From Steroidobacteraceae bacterium (GTDB taxonomy: Bacteria; Pseudomonadota; Gammaproteobacteria; Steroidobacterales; Steroidobacteraceae), in contig DATHMT010000018.1 of the NCBI GenBank assembly GCA_035486855.1, positions 68,238 to 132,237 on the forward strand: 64,000 nt of DNA. The letters are read 5' to 3'. Shown here one piece after another: positions 61,976-64,000 of the stretch. The translations under genes were made by a program, and so were the position numbers. The notes below the pieces were generated by a model. It ran no database searches and was not told where the DNA came from. It saw nothing but the letters and a program-made list of their open reading frames with translations. Numbering within the stretch: the stretch's first letter is position 1; each line of letters opens with the position of its first letter.

Positions 61976-63858
61976 GACCGCGCGCCGCGCTGGTGCCGTC
62001 GGCGCACCCACAGACCGAGCAGCACCGCGATGACGGTAAACAGCACCGGCGCCAGAATGATGTTGATGAACTTCATCCAGTTGCCCAGATGTGTGATGTC
62101 CTGGTCGAGTCCCAGGCGCACACCGCGCAGATCCTTGCGGATGCGCAGCTTCTCGGCCTGGAAGCGCGTCAGCGCCTGTTCCTGATCGGGCGTGAGGATG
62201 GCGACGCCACGATCCGCGCGCTGGGACTGCAGGGCCGCGAGCTGGTCCTCGGTGGCGTGCAGCTGCTTCTCCAGCTCCTGCTCCTTGTCGCGGAAGCGCT
62301 CATCGGCCCGCGCCCGCAGTGCTTCCACGCGCGCGAAGGGACGCTGGTAGGTCGCGCGGCCGCGAATCGAAATCAGATCATCGCTGCCGGCGAGATTGTC
62401 CAACGCATTGGCGACCAGATCGCCATTGTTGGCGAACGGCTGGGCGATCCGCTGTCCGGCCAGCTCCTGGGCATGCACCCACAGGTAGTCCGACAGCACA
62501 TCGGTGTCAGCCACGACGATCAGCTCCAGGGGCTTGGTGGAATGGGTCAGCAAACTGGCCCCGGGAGCGAGCGTCACGCCCTGCGGCAGCCCGCCGGGGA
62601 AGGCGGTGGTGATGTTGCCACTGACGCGGGCCGCGAGTGTGTAGTGCTCGCCGGTGGCATGAAAACCATCGAACAGCGTCGCCGGGTCCTGCAGCTCGAG
62701 GAAGCGAGACACCGGCATCAGCTGTGCTTCGCTGCTCGAGAACAGCAGCGGCTCGAAGCTGACGGTCGCGCCTTTGTGCAAGGTCAGATGACCGGCCGTG
62801 GCGAGATTGATGTTGGAGAGACCCTCGGTGATCACATCCTTCGGGTTCATGGCCGAGGCATCCAGCCCCAACACCCCCAGGTGGCGCTCGGGCTCCTGGC
62901 CCTCACGCACCGTGACGCTCATGGCGTAACGCGAATCCGCGACTACCTGGTGTGCATCGAAGTCCACCCCCCAGGCGCCGAGCAGGGTCTCCAGGTGCGA
63001 GGAGCGATCGGCGGTCAACGCGGCCGCCGGATTGGATTGATCGGCGCCCGCCGGATCCTGGTCAGCCAGCGGGTCCACGAACAGCAGGATATGGCCGCCG
63101 CGCAGCGCGAACTGATCGATCGCGAACTGTGCCGCGGTCGAGAGGTGCTTGGGATGCACCAGCACCAGGACATTGATTGCCGGGTCGATGCTGCCGACGT
63201 TGCCGTCGAGCATGCGCACGTCCATGACCTGCTGGATCTGATCCAGCACCACCCAGGCCGCGCGCGGCTGACCGGTGTTCGGGTCGAAGCCGCCGCTCAT
63301 CGGCAACTCCGACAACCAGCCGATGACCGGACGCTTCGCGCCGCTCAGCTGGTACACCAGCTTCGACAGATCGTACTCCAGGAACTCGCCCTTGTTGGGA
63401 TCAAAGAAGTCGATGGCGGCGTGACCATCGGTGGAGTTGGTCCCCGCGAGCCCGAAGTACAGCGCGTTGGCGGCGTTGCCGCCGACGTTGACCGAGTGCA
63501 CGCCCAGTTCGGCCGCGCGATCCTCGTCGGCCGAGAAGGGCTGCGGATCGATGAAGTGCAGATGAACCTTGCCGCCGGAGCGGGATTCGAATTCGCGCAA
63601 CAGGTCGCGCACGCGATTGGCGTAGCTCGCCACCTGTGGGTACTGGCTGCCGGTCGCGGCACTGTAGAAGAAGTACAGGTTGATGGGCTCTTTGAGCCCC
63701 TTGAGAATGCGATCGGTGCCGGGTGCGGTCGTGAACAGATGATTCTGGGTGAGATCGATGCGCCAGCCGCGCAGCGCGTAGCCGCCCAGCAGCGTGATGC
63801 CGGCGAACAGCAGCGCCAGCGCGATCAGCGTACCGCTTCCCAGGGTTGAACGTTTCAT
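61972..63858 (-). CDS. GldG-like ABC-transporter auxiliary protein (ABC_transp_aux family)
   Basis: 628 aa, N- and C-terminal TM anchors, large periplasmic region, coiled-coil 'LEKQLHATEDQLAALQ' before the last TM. Confidence 0.72.
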   Translation of the reverse strand: MKRSTLGSGTLIALALLFAGITLLGGYALRGWRIDLTQNHLFTTAPGTDRILKGLKEPINLYFFYSAATGSQYPQVASYANRVRDLLREFESRSGGKVHLHFIDPQPFSADEDRAAELGVHSVNVGGNAANALYFGLAGTNSTDGHAAIDFFDPNKGEFLEYDLSKLVYQLSGAKRPVIGWLSELPMSGGFDPNTGQPRAAWVVLDQIQQVMDVRMLDGNVGSIDPAINVLVLVHPKHLSTAAQFAIDQFALRGGHILLFVDPLADQDPAGADQSNPAAALTADRSSHLETLLGAWGVDFDAHQVVADSRYAMSVTVREGQEPERHLGVLGLDASAMNPKDVITEGLSNINLATAGHLTLHKGATVSFEPLLFSSSEAQLMPVSRFLELQDPATLFDGFHATGEHYTLAARVSGNITTAFPGGLPQGVTLAPGASLLTHSTKPLELIVVADTDVLSDYLWVHAQELAGQRIAQPFANNGDLVANALDNLAGSDDLISIRGRATYQRPFARVEALRARADERFRDKEQELEKQLHATEDQLAALQSQRADRGVAILTPDQEQALTRFQAEKLRIRKDLRGVRLGLDQDITHLGNWMKFINIILAPVLFTVIAVLLGLWVRRRHQRGARS

Positions 63859-63877
63859 CGTGAATCGCCCTTGAGGA

Positions 63878-64000
63878 TCATTCGGACTTGCGCACGTCGA
63901 GCACGACGGCGGTGGCCAGCAGGAACCAGGTGATGAGCAGCGCGAAATAGATCAGGTCGCGGATGTCGATGACCCCCTTTGAGATGGCCTCGTAGTGCGT
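63878..64000 (-). CDS. ABC-2-type transporter permease, C-terminal fragment (gene continues beyond the window)
   Basis: Own translation: '...THYEAISKGVIDIRDLIYFALLITWFLLATAVVLDVRKSE*'. This ending is typical of the GldF-like permeases that precede GldG. Confidence 0.6.
   Translation of the reverse strand, partial: THYEAISKGVIDIRDLIYFALLITWFLLATAVVLDVRKSE

Overview
This is 64 kb of high-GC proteobacterial chromosome. The gene order (pepA-holC-valS divergent from lptF-lptG; DUF2066, CDP-alcohol transferase, hda) looks gammaproteobacterial, but that is an inference and no marker RNA is present. I saw no rRNA, tRNA, CRISPR array, IS element, integrase or phage gene. About two thirds is tightly packed housekeeping: pilT-like, apbC, dcd, hda, pssA, a family-4 UDG, rimI, cls, prfC, valS, holC, pepA, lptFG and dctA. 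There is also a protocatechuate 4,5-cleavage set (ligI-ligA-ligB-ligC, ligJ, with ligK displaced), a MoxR-DUF58-TgpA operon and a GldG/DUF4340 ABC-2 module. From about 12 to 33 kb lies a block that looks lower in GC by eye. It holds three two-component systems, two of them N-terminally truncated KdpD/KdpE paralogs with no kdpFABC nearby. It also holds a CzcBA-type heavy-metal RND pump followed by two small exported ORFs and three tandem, translationally coupled NodT-family outer-membrane factor paralogs, then a CarboxypepD_reg beta-barrel protein and an orphan NtrC-like activator. I found no recognisable canonical defence or mobile system. The best candidates for something undescribed are: (1) the RND operon with three outer-membrane factors that differ mainly in one patch, plus its embedded small ORFs; (2) a near-consensus LexA box over the promoter of a small four-Cys ORF, next to a receptor Ser/Thr kinase with a periplasmic Calx-beta-like domain; (3) a HEAT-repeat Hanks kinase directly upstream of a divergent PilT-like ATPase. 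All product calls rest on motif and family recognition by eye. No searches were run.
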